Assembly: GCF_009834535.1 (NCBI RefSeq)
Contig: NC_045696.1
Location: 117,244,001 to 117,308,000, forward strand
From: Camelus ferus
Taxonomy: Eukaryota
Length of the DNA stretch: 64,000 nucleotides
Direction of reading: 5' to 3'
This document shows, piece after piece, positions 11,950-24,864 of the stretch (positions are counted from its first letter, which is position 1; every line of letters starts with the position of its first letter). Position numbers and translations under genes: made by a program. Under the pieces are notes generated by a model, which was not told the origin of the DNA, made no database searches, and was given only the letters and a program-made list of their open reading frames with translations.

Positions 11950-14900
11950 GAGTTGGAATGGCAGAGTGAGGAGGTCTGCTGATGCTCTCCTCAACAAAAT
12001 AACCATAATTGGTGAACATTGCCTTAAGAAAAAAATATTAAGTTTTCAGAAATTATCCTAAGGGCATGTAGCAAATGAAGAAACATTTATTTTTAAAAAT
12101 ATATAAAGTTTTGGTAAGAATTGTGAGAGTCTGTAGCATTTGAACTACAACCAGGTTTACTCCCCTTCTCACCCCAGTTTAGTATGATGGAAGCTCTACT
12201 CCTGGTGGATGTAGCAACATCACAAGGCTCCCTCTCCTCCCAGTGTTCAGTCTAGGACCAGGGTTTCTCCCTGGAGAGACAGGATACCAGCATTTCTCCT
12301 CTTCCAATTTCCAGCTGGCAAAATCTCTATTCAAGTCAAGTATGGCCCAAGGTTTGGAGCTGCTTCTTCCACCTACTTGTAGGGTGGGCACTCTGTCCAA
12401 GGTATTCAGGTCAAGAATATTGGGCTCTGATTGCCCTTATCCCAGCTCACTCATAGGGCTATCTGCTGGATCTAGTGCCCTCCCTCCTAGAGCAGCAGTG
12501 TCACTCTGAGAGAAGCTGGCCACTTTCCATGCCCCAGCTCCAGAACAATGGTACCAAGATTCTGCCCAGGGGGAGAGGTGGGCTGTAAGATGCTCCGTAG
12601 CTCTCTGTAAGGAGACTAACTTTATCTGGAATAGAGTATAGGGAAGTCCAAACTTGAAAAAGGAGGGCACTGTCAAAGACACGGGAGATTTTGGTGATGA
12701 GCATTTCAAGGAAGTCTAGTAGCTCCATAATAGCAACAAGAAAATGGCAAGCCAGCCGCAAGTTTCACAAAGAGAACCAGGAAAAGAGATAGCCAAGTTG
12801 TTATCTTCAGGGGTCTGTGGAAGCCTCAAAGACATGGCTCAAAGACTTTCCTGAAAGAGAGTCCATGTAGTATATAGTAGTTTATGCCCCAGGGCATTGT
12901 TAAAAACAATAGAGCAAATGGCTAGCAATCGGTGAAAATTAACAACTAGCTGTATTACTAATACAGGCAGACCAACCAGAAGCTTATCAGGGAAATCAGG
13001 GAAAGAGATAATAAAAGGTAGTCTGGCTAAAACTACTGCTATCCCTGGAGCGATGGAGAGAGGAGGAAATCAGGGTGACTGTGTGTATGTCCAAGATTGT
13101 ACCTTCTGGGGAGCAATATATAAGGCTGCATATCATGGGCAAAATAGAAGTAATAGAATGAGTTCAGCCAAGTTACTAAACAAATAAACAAAAAATCAAG
13201 CAAAAAACTGTAACAACTCCTGGGGTAGGGGAATCAATAATCAGAGTACCAACAATATATTATCTCAAATGACTGATTTTCAGGAAAAAATTATGACTAC
13301 ATACATACAAAGAAACAGAAAAGTATGGCCCATATACTGGGCGGGGGAGGGAAGCAGGCAACTGAAACTGCCCGTGAGAGGGACTAGATGTCAGAGTTAA
13401 TAGAGATATCAGTTTAGCCATTATAAATATGTTCAAAGAACTAAATAAAATTCTACTTCAGGAATTAAAGATATGCATCACCATCTCTTGATGAAATGAT
13501 AGTGTCTCATCAAATAGAGAATATCAATAAAGAGATTTTAAAAAAAGAACCAAATAGAAATTATGAGGTTGAAAAGTGAACTAAGCAAGATGAAAAATTC
13601 ACTATAGGGATTTAAGAGTAGACTGCAGCTGGCAGAAGAGAGAATTAAAGAACTTGAAGATAGATCAACAGAGGATATACAATCTGAAGAACATAGCCAA
13701 AAAAAAAAAAAAAAAAAAAAAAAGGAGGAAAATTGAGGAAAGCCTCAGAGAAATACGGGTTACTATTAAGTGCACTAACATAAGCCTAATGGAAGAACCA
13801 GTAGGATAGGTGAGAGAGAAAGGAGCAACAGAATTATTTGAATAAATGAAAACTGAAGTCTTCCCAGATATGATGAAAAATGTTCATCTGCACATCGAAA
13901 AAGCTTAGGAAACTCCAAGTAGAATAAATTCAAAGACATCCACAACTAGACACATCATAGTTAGAGTGTTGAAGGGCAAAGACAAAGTTTTGAAAACAGT
14001 AAGAGGAAAATGACTCACTGTGTGAAGGTGAAACCCAAAGGTTAACAGATGACTTCTCCTCAGAAACAATAAATGCCAAAATGCAATTAAAAGTGCTGAA
14101 AGTAAAAAAACAAGTCAACCAAGAATCTCATATACAGCAAAACTATCTTTCAAAAATGAAAATAAAATACATTCCAAGATAAACAAAAACTGAGAGAATT
14201 TATTGCCAAAAGACTTGCCTTAGAAAAAATACTAAAGAAAACTCTTCAAGCTGAACATGTGACCCCCAAACAATAATTTGAAAACCCATAAAAAAACAAA
14301 CAGTGGCAGTAAATATAATTATGTAACATATATATATATATATATGTATATGTATATTTGTATTTTGGTGTCTTTAACATATAGAATGTAATATATTTGA
14401 TGATAGCAGTTAAAAGGAGGTGGGCAGGAATATTGCTGTATTGGAGTAAGAAAATAGCACCAGATGATAACTAAAATCCACAGGAATAAATGAAACAGGA
14501 AAAGTAAATAAGAAGGTTAATATAACCAACTCTACAAATACATACTTGTCCTTTCTCTGCTTAACATCCTTAAAAGACATAATTTTAACAATGTATCATG
14601 CTTGCAACATATATCGCTATAGTATATACAACAATTTTAGCATAAAAAAGGAAGTAGAAGATGGAGTAGTATACAAGTAAAGTTTCTATATTTCACGAAA
14701 ACTATGTCAGTATATCTGAAATAGATTCTGGTAGTGAAATAGAATTGAGTGTACAAAAATAAATCCTTATATTTATGGTCAATTGATTTTTAACAAAGAT
14801 GCTAAGATAATTCAAGGAAAAAGACTAATCTTTGCAAAAAATGATGCTGAAACAATTGAATATCCACATGCAAAAGAATGAAGTTGAAACTTTTCCTCAC

Positions 14901-15972
14901 ACTATACACAAAAATTAACTCAAAATAAATGTAAGAGCCTAAACCATAAAACTCTTAGAAGAAAACATAGGAATAAATTTTTGTGACATTGGTCTAGGTA
15001 AATTGTTCTCAGATATAACACCATAACCATGAGTGGATAAAGGATAAATAGATAAGTTGGACTTCATCAAAATTTTAAAAATTTACATCTCAAAAGGCAC
15101 CATCAAGAAAGTGCAAAGATACTTCAAGAATGTGAAGAAATATTTGAAATCATTTTTCTGATAAGGAAATTATATTTAGAATATATAAAGAAATCTTATA
15201 ACTCAGCAATAAAAAGACAAGTAATCGAATTTAAAAAAATAGAAAATGGAAATGAATAGACATTTACCAAGGAAAATCAACAAATGATAAATAAGCACAG
15301 GAAAAAGAATGTTCAATATCATTATTCTTTAGAGAAATACAGATTAGAGCCATGAGATACCACTTCACATCTGTTAGGATGACTAAAATCAGAACAGTAG
15401 ACAATTATAACTGTTGACAGGAATGTGGAGAAATTGGAATGCTCGTACATTGCAATTCTACTCTGAGGTATATATCTAAGAGAAATGAAAACAAATGCCC
15501 ACACAAAAGCTTGTACACAAATATTCATAGCAGCATAGCAGCATTTCAGCCAAAAAGTAGAAACAACCCAAGTGTCCATCAACTAATAAATGAACAACAA
15601 AAATCTGATAAACCCATACAGTGGAATATTATTCAGCAATAGAAAAGAATGAAGTACTGATACATACTACAACATAGATGAAAACATTCTGTTAAGTGAA
15701 AGGATTTGGTCACAAAAGATCACATATTATATGATCCCATTTATATTCAATATCCAGAAAAGACCATTGTGAAGAGACCAAAAGCAGATATGCACTTGCT
15801 TAGGGTTAAGAGGAAGAGGGAAATGGGGAAGAACTGCTATTGGGTGTACTGGGTGTCTTTATGGGGCAATGGGAGTATTTCAAAATTAGACTCTGGTGAT
15901 TGTACACTTTAAATGTATGATTGTATAAATTGTATAATATGTGAATTATCTCAATAAAACTATTTTAAAAAT
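11950..15972 (+). mobile_element. Old mammalian LINE-1 (L1M/L1MC-MD type): 5' UTR, decayed ORF1, late ORF2 and 3' UTR
   Basis: 5' 'atggcagagtgaggagg'; ORF1-like 13250-14250 ('gaacttgaagatagatca', 'aactccaagtagaataaa', 'aaactatctttcaaaaatgaa'); late ORF2 from about 14740 ('tatggtcaattgattttt', 'aaactcttagaagaaaacatagg'); ends 'tatctcaataaaactattttaaaa'. Confidence 0.88.
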
Positions 15973-15999
15973 CCATTCCTGAAATTCTATCAATGATCA

Positions 16000-16135
16000 T
16001 CTCTATCTTACAATGAGGAGATTAAACTTCAGAAATGGAAAATGGTTGCCCAATGCTACATAAAGTAAAAAGTAGCAGAGTTAAGTTTGAAATCCAACTC
16101 CATGTTAGTCAAAAGTTAATGCTCTTTGTACGTCA
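16000..16135 (-). mobile_element. MIR fragment
   Basis: 'ttacaatgaggagattaaacttcaga...ttgcccaatgctaca...agtagcagagttaagtttgaaatcc'. Confidence 0.55.
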
Positions 16136-16249
16136 CCAAACAGTAGACCAAAGCACTGAAAGTAAAACTTTTCAGAAAAAAAAGATTTGGGGAATAAAGT
16201 AGTTTCATACTATTGACTGAAGCAAACCAGGTAAAGTTTCTCAAGTATT

Positions 16250-16500
16250 GCATTCAATAGGCATTTACTAAACACAGCTTTCTGCTAGGCTTCATTGAGT
16301 GTGGTGATGTAAATTCAAATTAAAACATACCCTCCAATTTGAACAAGCACAGAGGAATATGGAAAATAGAGTGCAAACGTGTGCTGTGATAAAGTTATAC
16401 TCTGGAAAAATATGGAGAAAAGGTATTGGAATCAAGCAAGACTTCTGGAGGTGACATTTAAGCTGATTCTTAGAGATGTGGGTTTTTAGGTAGGTAAAGA
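16250..16500 (-). mobile_element. L2 fragment
   Basis: 'cattcaataggcatttactaaacac', 'aatcaagcaagacttctggaggtgacatttaagctga'. Confidence 0.5.
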
Positions 16501-16699
16501 AGCTGCTTTCCAGCTGAGGAGTTTTGGCCAGTCAACACACAGGAATGCTCTCTTCCTCTCCAGAGTTTGGATTCAATTGACAAGCAGACCCTAGAGTAGA
16601 AAGATGGAGATTAAAAATGTCATTTTATACATTGTAGGATAGGATTTAAGTGTGTGTCCAAATGGGCTTGCTAAGTCTTCAACCCTAAAGTTACAACAA

Positions 16700-17228
16700 A
16701 GAGATAAGTTTTCTATGGCAATGTGACAACCCCCAAAACATAATGTGTTGAAACAACGTTTTATTACTTCCAGTGATTCTGCAGGTTGACTGGACTGTGC
16801 TGCTGATCCAGGTGGTATCACCTGGGATCACCCTTATGGCTGCATTCAAGTGGCAAGAGTGTTGGACTTGATGGTCTAAGAGAGCCCTGTCATGTCTGGA
16901 GTCTTCTGTGCTGAGAGGTGGCAGTGGTCCTTTGGTTCTTCTCCACATTTCTCTCCACATCCTCTCTCCCCCCAGCAGGACAACCTGAAATTCCATAGCA
17001 TGATTCCAAGAAGAGGGAAAATGGAAGCTGCCAGGCCTTTCAAGGACAAAGCCTAGAACTCAGGAAACATCACTTCCTCTGTGTTCTGTTGGTGTCATTA
17101 AGTCAGACGGCCAGCCTGGATTTAAGGGGTGAGGAAATGAGTTCCTCCTCTTGAGGAGAGAATAGGTGGGCACGTACAGGAAGAGGAGGAATTGTCAGTA
17201 GCCTGTTTAGGGGGACAGTTACACAACC
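16700..17228 (-). mobile_element. MLT1 (MaLR, MLT1H/I-like) LTR
   Basis: 'aaacaacgttttattac', 'ggctgcattca', 'aaatggaagctgccaggcc', 'catcacttcctctgtgttctgttgg', 'ggccagcctggatttaagggg'. Confidence 0.78.
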
Positions 17229-18467
17229 ATTCATCGGTACATTCAGATAACATCAGACCTCTCCGACCCAGGGGCATTGCACGGCAGAGAGCAGACAGAA
17301 CGAGTACCTTCTACAGACAAGGATTCAAAAGAGAGGAGGAAGGAAGGCATTGCTCCATGAACTTCCAATTCTTTCTCCCAAGTTCACCGATCAGAAGAGC
17401 TCTCCTTCCCTGGGGTAGGGATGAATGACAGTGGAGTGGAGCCTAGAGTGCCTCTCAAGTAGAGCGCCCTCTTATGGCAGCGTGAAGGAATGAGTGACCC
17501 ACCATGACACTGGGCTGAAGTTATGCACAAAGTTTGCAGAGCACAATATCAGAAGGTGTACACGAACTCTACGACTTTCCATTAGTCACCGTGGTCTGGA
17601 AAAGTGCCAGCACATTGCAGTCCAGGGCAAAACAAAATAAACAAACAAAACACCAAATGGGTTTTCGTTTTCTGAGATAATCTCAGCAGTACCTCAGCTC
17701 CCTTGTCTAACTCCTTCGAGAGATGTCTGCTCTTCTTCTAAAATAGGATTTAAGTTGAGTACATACTTGTGATGCCTGAAGATGGTTATTTTAATGACAG
17801 ATGGGAGTAGGGCTCTTGCTGTAGAGGGGATATATAAATTACAGGTACAGAAAGCCCCTAGAGTCACGGCCAGGTCTGGTCCTGACACCCAGGCTCCTCC
17901 CATCCTGCCCAGGAGAATGGAGGATGTCTATGACTCTAATATCTAATTAATGAGGCAAATTCTGGAATCTGCTGACACTTACTCCTAATGAGTACATACA
18001 GTAAGGCGGGATGCTTCCACTTGGATATGCTAATGAACGTAATTTTAATTTTGTTCCATCTTCTCTCCCAAGCAATTGAGGTTTCACAACCTGGAACAAA
18101 AGTGGTAGGAGACTAGGAGCATTAGAAATGGGCTTTCTCCCTGAGGTAATTCACCTGAAACAGGAACCCTCGTGCAGAAAATAAATAAATTTTAAAATAT
18201 GTAAATGTTACCATTTGGTGCAGGTTAGAGAAGGCTTCTTGTCCTCATTTTCAAGTCCCACTGGGCCTAGAACACTCTCTGCTCAAGGACTCTCAAAGTT
18301 GTTTGTTCTTTTTGTTTGTTATTCCTTCCTTCGAGTTTATTTTTAATGGCTGTTGTTTATAAGGACACTGAATTTGAAGGCATGTTAGGAGTGAATCAGG
18401 ACATAAAGATATCATATCCAGCTCTGTTGAATAGCTGAGCTTGGCAGTTATAACAGCAAAGCTGGGA

Positions 18468-18645
18468 TAAGGACAGAATCCAGGTTTTCTGGGATCCACA
18501 GCGTATATAATCTGGGGTACTCTCTTTAAGAAAAAGAATTCAAATTAAGAATATAAAATTAGGTACTGGATCTTAGAAGGTGGTCAGTGTAATTGAGGGA
18601 TCTTAAAGCTCAAGTTTCATTGGGTTCATGGTAAATTGCCCTTTG
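18468..18645. mobile_element. MER53 hAT MITE
   Basis: 'atccaggttttctggg...ctctttaagaaaaagaattcaaattaagaatataaaattaggtac...aagctcaagtttcattgggttcatggtaaat' matches recalled MER53 consensus. Confidence 0.75.
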
Positions 18646-18786
18646 CTGGGAGCATAATCTTATTAAAAACCGTATATGACTTGATCATTTATATTAAGTT
18701 TGGTGTAAACAGGAGAGGGCATTGATCACTGGCTTATGTGTTTTGTAGCAGAGGGAAATAATTATAGACACTATACTGGTCACAAG

Positions 18787-19239
18787 TATATTAGTTTTCT
18801 AGGGTTGCTGTAATGAGATACCACAAAATTGGTGGCTTAACCAATGGGGATTTATTGCTCGCAGTTCTGGAGACCAGGAGTCCAGGATCAAGATGTCAGC
18901 AGGGCTGGTTGCCACTGAGGCTGTGACACAGCATGTCGTCCATGTCTGTCCCCTAGCTCCTGGTGGTTTGCTGGTAATCTTCAGTACTCCTTATGGATGC
19001 ATCACCCTGACCTCTGCCCTCATCTTCACATGGTGCTCTCCCAGTGTGCTTCTCTGCCTCTGTCCAAATTTCCTCTTTTTATAAGGACACACTTATACTG
19101 GATTCGGACCTGCCCTAATGACCTCAGCTTAACTTGATCATCTGCAAAGACCTTATTTGCAGGTAAGATCACAGTCATAGGCACCTGAGGGTTAGGACTT
19201 CAACATCTTTTGTGGGGGACACTGGCCAATCCATAAACA
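18787..19239 (-). mobile_element. MLT1C-like MaLR solo LTR
   Basis: 'tattagttttctagggttgctgtaa...ccacaaaattggtggcttaa...cagttctggagaccaggagtcc...ccaaatttcctcttttataaggaca...gttaggacttcaacat'. Confidence 0.88.
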
Positions 19240-19499
19240 GGTGACACAGTAGTTAATGTAGGGACTTTCTTAAGAAAGCCAATGTCCTCTGGTGAAAAGG
19301 TCCTGGCATATGCCTGACATCCTTCCTATTCTAATAGGTGGAAATGTGCCCAGGAAGATGTCAGAATTTATCACTTTCTCAACACAAAACCAACATGGAA
19401 AGTAAATCTAAGTCAATCCCTTCTGTTATGTCCCTAGCAAACACGTACAGGTCCCTCAAATTGTTGTTGAGATATCATCTTCTTGGAGACACCATTTCT

Positions 19500-19965
19500 A
19501 GCCCGACTTCCCTCTGACTGCTGCTCCAGGTCCATCCCCATCTTTGTCCCCATTACCCTCTGCCTGGAAAGTTGAGTTCATGGACTATATCAACTGAGCG
19601 CTCAAGTCCTGTGACTTCAGGCTGGGTCCAGCCTGTGTGGACCTCTTGGAGAAGATGGAAAGGGGGCCAAGGGTGAGATCAGGGGCTGGATTTCCCCAGA
19701 TCCTTCTTATCATCTCATGTCTGGCTTTGTCTCAGATGAAGACCACTCTTCCTCCCCAGGCCTCTGACTCTACATGAATTTTCTTCCTCTGGTAACTTTT
19801 TCTGTCCTTTGGACCCTTGATGACAATAGCTCAGCTTCTTCTATGTTCTGGGTTAGGGCTCTTTGCCCTGTATTTCTTTACATCCACATTTTCATTAAAA
19901 ATAATTTCTCCCAGAATTATTTTATTTTAAATGTCCCATTTATTTTGTGTTGTGAGCTTGACTGA
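19500..19965 (+). mobile_element. LTR33-like ERVL LTR (diverged)
   Basis: 'tctgcctggaaagttgagttcatggactatatcaac', 'ggtgagatcaggg...atttcccc'. Confidence 0.5.
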
Positions 19966-21171
19966 TATATCCCCCAATCTACAGCTTTAATCACTCCCTC
20001 CTCTATCTTTCTGGACTTAATTCTACTTATCTAGAACACCATACTTTGCTACATTCTGTGTATATAGTGGTCTATACTTGCCTGACTCTCCTAGGCTAAG
20101 AGGAGTGAGCTACCAAGTTAGACCCACAGCAGAGGCACCACCAGTAACAATGACATCCTATCTTTCCAGTTTAGACTTCACATGCTCAATTAGAGTCACT
20201 AAATCTGAAATTTGATTCAATCTGCCTCCTCCTCCCTTTTCCCCGCTATCTCTGGCAACTGACCTCTAAAAACAGCCAAGCTAGCCATGTTTGAGTTATT
20301 TCAAGATAATAAGTCTTCCCTTTATGACACATTGTTTATCAAAATAAAGTAATTGAGAAGATAATATCATAGTGAAGAAAAAAAAGATGCAGTCTTAGGA
20401 AGTATTAACTTTACTCTGTGCCCTTAGTTGTGCAGGAAACACCACTCTCTTTTCCATAAATCAACCCATTACATAGGTTTAGAGGCAAATTTGACCTTAG
20501 CCATTGCCCATGTTCCACTTCTGGAGTTTTACACTGTGACAAGGTGTTTGGAGAGGATGCTATGAGACTAGATGTGGGTCATTTGTTCACAGAGTTATGC
20601 CAAGGCCCCCACTGTCCTGGAAGCTCTCTGTTTCATGTTTCAGGTTTGGGATCCTGGAATCCTTCTTTGAGGCTCCCTCTGCCCCCACCCGACTCACGTG
20701 CCTGATAAACCACGTTCCTTCTGAAATCCTTTGTCACTATCAGGCTGTATGGAAGCTCTACCCCGTCTTCCCTTCTCTTCCGTTTTGAATCTCCAACACT
20801 CAGCCAAAGGTGTATTTCTTCCCCATGCACCTAAAAGCAAAGACTTCCAATGACAAAGAGATCATTCTGCTTCTCTCTGCTCAAAAGTGATTCTTTGTTT
20901 TCGGGCCTGTGCGCTTGGCTACAGTCTAGGCAATTGAGAGAATGCAAGAGCTTTATTCTCTAGTCAATTTCAGGTCAGGCTTACACAAAGCCGTGTGAAT
21001 TATTTATTCACTAAATATTTAGTAAGCACTTACTTTCTGCGGTAGGTATTGTGAGATACATGCATATGAGACAGACTAGGCCTCATATGAAGAAGGTAGT
21101 ACTACCTTGTTCAAAGCATGCAATTTTTTGGAGTCTCAGAGTCTGGGTGAAAGCTAATCTCTGCTACAAGG

Positions 21172-21840
21172 GATGCTATGTGTGGCTAAGCAGGGTTTGC
21201 ATTGGTACAATCCAGGGCCACTGTGTCATTTAGCTAAACTGCTAAATTTCCAGGAATTCTGTTCCCTGTATGATTCTGGCAAGGCTTGGTCACGAGAGAA
21301 ATTTGTGCAAGATGTGGAAGCAGCAGTCATTACACCCTAACTTCGCTGTAGGGCAGCATGCATTGTTACAGCCTGTGCACGTTGTCACTGATCTCAGGGC
21401 TCACCTGGAGGGCTTTGGCAGCAGCCAGGCCACAGTCCCCCAGTATCTACTGTCTCCTCCTTTGGCTTCTCCGAGACCTGGCCCAGGTGCATCTGTAGCC
21501 ACGTGGTAAAAGTCACCAGCGTCTTCTGCACATGAGACTGGAGGCCAGGAGACACAGATGCACATTCCAATTTATCCTCACGGGATCCAGTTTGCCCTTG
21601 TGGGACCCATTTTTTCCTTGGGCTTCCAGTTTTTCCCTCACCGTATACTGCATTTTCTTCGGACTACTAGCCCTGGTCACCTACAGTGACTTCCATCCTA
21701 CACCAGATAAAAAGACAATGACTTTCCATAGACTCTTTGTCAACTCTCACAATTATGAATGGTCCAGTCTCTACCATAGCCCTGATTCCACATCACTTTT
21801 GGTGGTTCTGTCTCTCTATCAAACCCTGGCTGACAGAGAC
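21172..21840 (+). mobile_element. ERVL LTR (LTR41-like)
   Basis: 'cagggccactgtgtcatttagctaaac...aattctgttccctgtatgattc...gaagcagcagtcatt'; ends 'accctggctgaca'. Confidence 0.65.
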
Positions 21841-21919
21841 ACCACTCACAGGACTGTGACGTGAATGGGACTCTTTAGAGTTTTGCAACGCACAACCTGA
21901 TCATATACATTAACCTGTT

Positions 21920-22070
21920 CTAATACTTGGGATCTAAATGACCTCGGTCAACCTATGGAACTTCACTTAACTTCAATTTTCTCATCTGTAAACTGATAAT
22001 AGCAAGACATAGCTCAGAGTATTATTCTGAGGATGAAGTGAACTGGCATATACAAATCATCTTGACCACT
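21920..22070 (+). mobile_element. MIR fragment
   Basis: 'aattttctcatctgtaaactgataatagc...attattctgaggatgaagtga'. Confidence 0.6.
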
Positions 22071-22084
22071 CTAACTTAGTGCAA

Positions 22085-22370
22085 TCATCTCATTCCTAGT
22101 TGTTATTCTCTGTTCTGTTATTCTGTTTTATTTTCTACTTATCACCTGTCACCCTCTAAATCGTCTTACTTATTCCTTTTTCACATATTTATGATCTGTG
22201 TTTCTCCACTAGGATACAAATTCTATAAGAGAACGTGCTTTGTCTACCTTTTTACTGTGATATTCCCAAGGCTTGGCCGCAGAGCATGCTCTGGTACTCA
22301 CTAAGTATGATGGATGGCTGGATCGAAGAAAGGAGGGGTGTGCATGGATGAATGAGTAAATGAATAAAAT
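22085..22370 (+). mobile_element. L2 3' end
   Basis: 'tgtttctccactaggatacaaattctataaga...actgtgatattcccaagg...ctggtactcactaagt' with (GGAT/GAAT)n tail. Confidence 0.7.
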
Positions 22371-24551
22371 GCTTACAAGAGTCCCTTGGCTAGTTCGTGG
22401 TGAGGACGCAATATACAATAGTACCTTTTAAGAACTGGTAAACTGGCGGTGACAATGTGTCCACCGTTAACCACAATATCTAACAAATTGAGATCTAAGT
22501 CATAATGTGGTCCTTGTCGAATTTGAGAACTCAGGGAAGTCATGTTTAGTTGAACAATAAGCCAAGGCTTTATGGATAAGAAGACATTTCTTGGGGGTCT
22601 TCAATTATGAATCAAATTAATGGAGAAGTTTGGATGGATGGCAAGAAGAGAACAAATGTAAATGTTTAGAAAAGCATAGGGTATATTTCAATAATAAATG
22701 GTCTTTTTAGTCTTCGATGCAACATTAGTAATAGGAAATTGGTAGACTGGTAAATAGAATAGAATGGGAGGAGAATGAAGGACCTAATCATGGAAGCCTT
22801 TTAATTACTCTAAATATTAAAACTTTGTTTTGTCGAACAATATTTCACTAACTGTGTGCTTCACAGAGCACTGGCCCTGGTTAGTCAAGATGCTCTAGGG
22901 GAAAAAAGAGATGTTCCTGGTTAAGAATTGGATCCTTTATCTTCCTCTTGAAATACAACAATTACATCACCTTATTTAAGTCTCAGGGAGGTCCTGCAGT
23001 AAAGTAACATACTTAAGTTTTGTTAGTCTGGTGATTCTCATGTTTACTGATGGAAAATTGTGCAAAATGCACCTTGATATCCATCCAGCAGACATCCAGC
23101 ATCAAATGGATGAATTTTGGGAAGTACTCTACCAACTTCCTGCGGTACCTGTAAAAGAAATAAAAGAATGAATATCATATGTTCCCTACCATGAGTGATG
23201 GAGTGCTGGGGAGTCAGCAAAGCATGAGGTTTTTGGCATGGTTTAGAGTTGGAGAATGATATAACCAGAATAGGCTCACAGACATACTCATCCCAAAGTG
23301 GCAGATGGTAAACTTGAGTGTTGGTGACTGAGTACAGAGAAACCAGTTATGAAATGTCTAGACTTGTCCAAAAAGGAGGCAACGAAGCTTTGAGTGAGGA
23401 GTTAGCAGTTTAACGTGCTCTTTTCTCCCTCTTCCTCACTGGTGATGATGGGGTCCAGGCCAGCTGAGAAATCCCATCAGACCCAGAGGCAGGGTGGGGC
23501 TGCAGCCTGGTTAGTTCTTGACATCTGAGAAAACTTTTGAGAAAGTCAGAGCTGGGAGAGTGAATGCAAACCAGGTGGGCGAGTAAGAGGGCTGGAAGAA
23601 AAGACCCAAGTGGAATATGAAGTGTGATGTAAAGTTAAAAGTTGGTCAAGGAAATCAGACAAGGAGGAGTGAGAAGTCGGAGTTAAGGCAAGTGGGACAT
23701 GTGCAGATGCCATCAGGACCACAGTTCAATGTATGTGATTAAAGCCTGATTACCTTAAAGGTGTGAATGGTAGGGATGGAGGTTAAAAACATGGGGAAGG
23801 GAGCATCCTTAAAATTTGGAGGCTGATTGGGCAGAAACAGACACAGTCTTACAGGGAAAACAGGCCATTGTCAATTGGCTGGATGAAAAATTTGTATTTG
23901 TTGCTCTTTCCTTTAGGGAGAGATGGAAATTTTGCTAAGCGGACAGGGAAATGGACTTGGCTATGGAAAGTCGTCTGGGTTTTCTGTGGCAGGATAGAAG
24001 CTAGACCTCTGGGAAGAGAAGCAGCTCATGGCTCTATATTTAGTGAAGACCTCTGTGGCTGTATATGCATGTGGTCTACAAGCGAAGAACTTCAACTTCC
24101 ACTGACGGCGACTTCCTCGAGTGTGTTGTGCACCTGAGATTCCAGCTCAGTGCTAGTATGTAGCATTGGTACGTAACACGAATTCAATAAACATTTAACA
24201 AGTGAATGAAAGGAGAGAGGAAGGAAGGAAGGGAGGGAGAGAGGGAGGAAGAATAATTCTGCCCAAGATCAGAGAACATACAAAGGTGATTCAACAACAT
24301 GAGAATCTATGATTAAAAACCTAAGGACGTTATGTAGAAACCTGATGACATGAGACATGGTCTGAAAAATTTTAAAGCACTAAGTCAAAATCAGTGTGTC
24401 TTTTAGAAGTCCCCTAACTCTTCATTTTATCTTGTAGTGTAGACAAAAAGCACTGTGGCATTTACACAATGAGTCAACTGGCAGTGACTATTGCCTGGTG
24501 TGTTCGCTGTAAATGGAGGACTCATTCGAATGCACACAAAGGCGCATCTAA

Positions 24552-24864
24552 CAGTCAGCCCTCTGTATCTGCAGGTTCTGTGTCTGTGGATTCAACCAAC
24601 TGAAGAGTGAAAAATATTGGGCGAAAAAATTCCAGACAGTTCCAAAAGCGAAACTTAAATCTGCCACATCAGCAACTATTTGCATAGCGTTTACATTGTG
24701 TTAGATATGTAGGTAATCTGGAGATGACTTCAGGTATACGAAATGGTATGATAGGTTATATGCAAATACTATGCCATTTCCTATAAAGGACTTGAGCCTG
24801 GGAGAATTTTGTTATCTGACGGGGTCCTGGAACCAATCTCCCTTACATACCAAGGGATGACCAT
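24552..24864. mobile_element. Tigger-derived MITE (MER2/Tigger3-like)
   Basis: TIR 'cagtcagccctctgtatctgcaggttctg...ggattcaaccaac'; 'aggttatatgcaaatactatgccattt'; 'ggggtcctggaaccaatc...agggatgac'. Confidence 0.85.
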
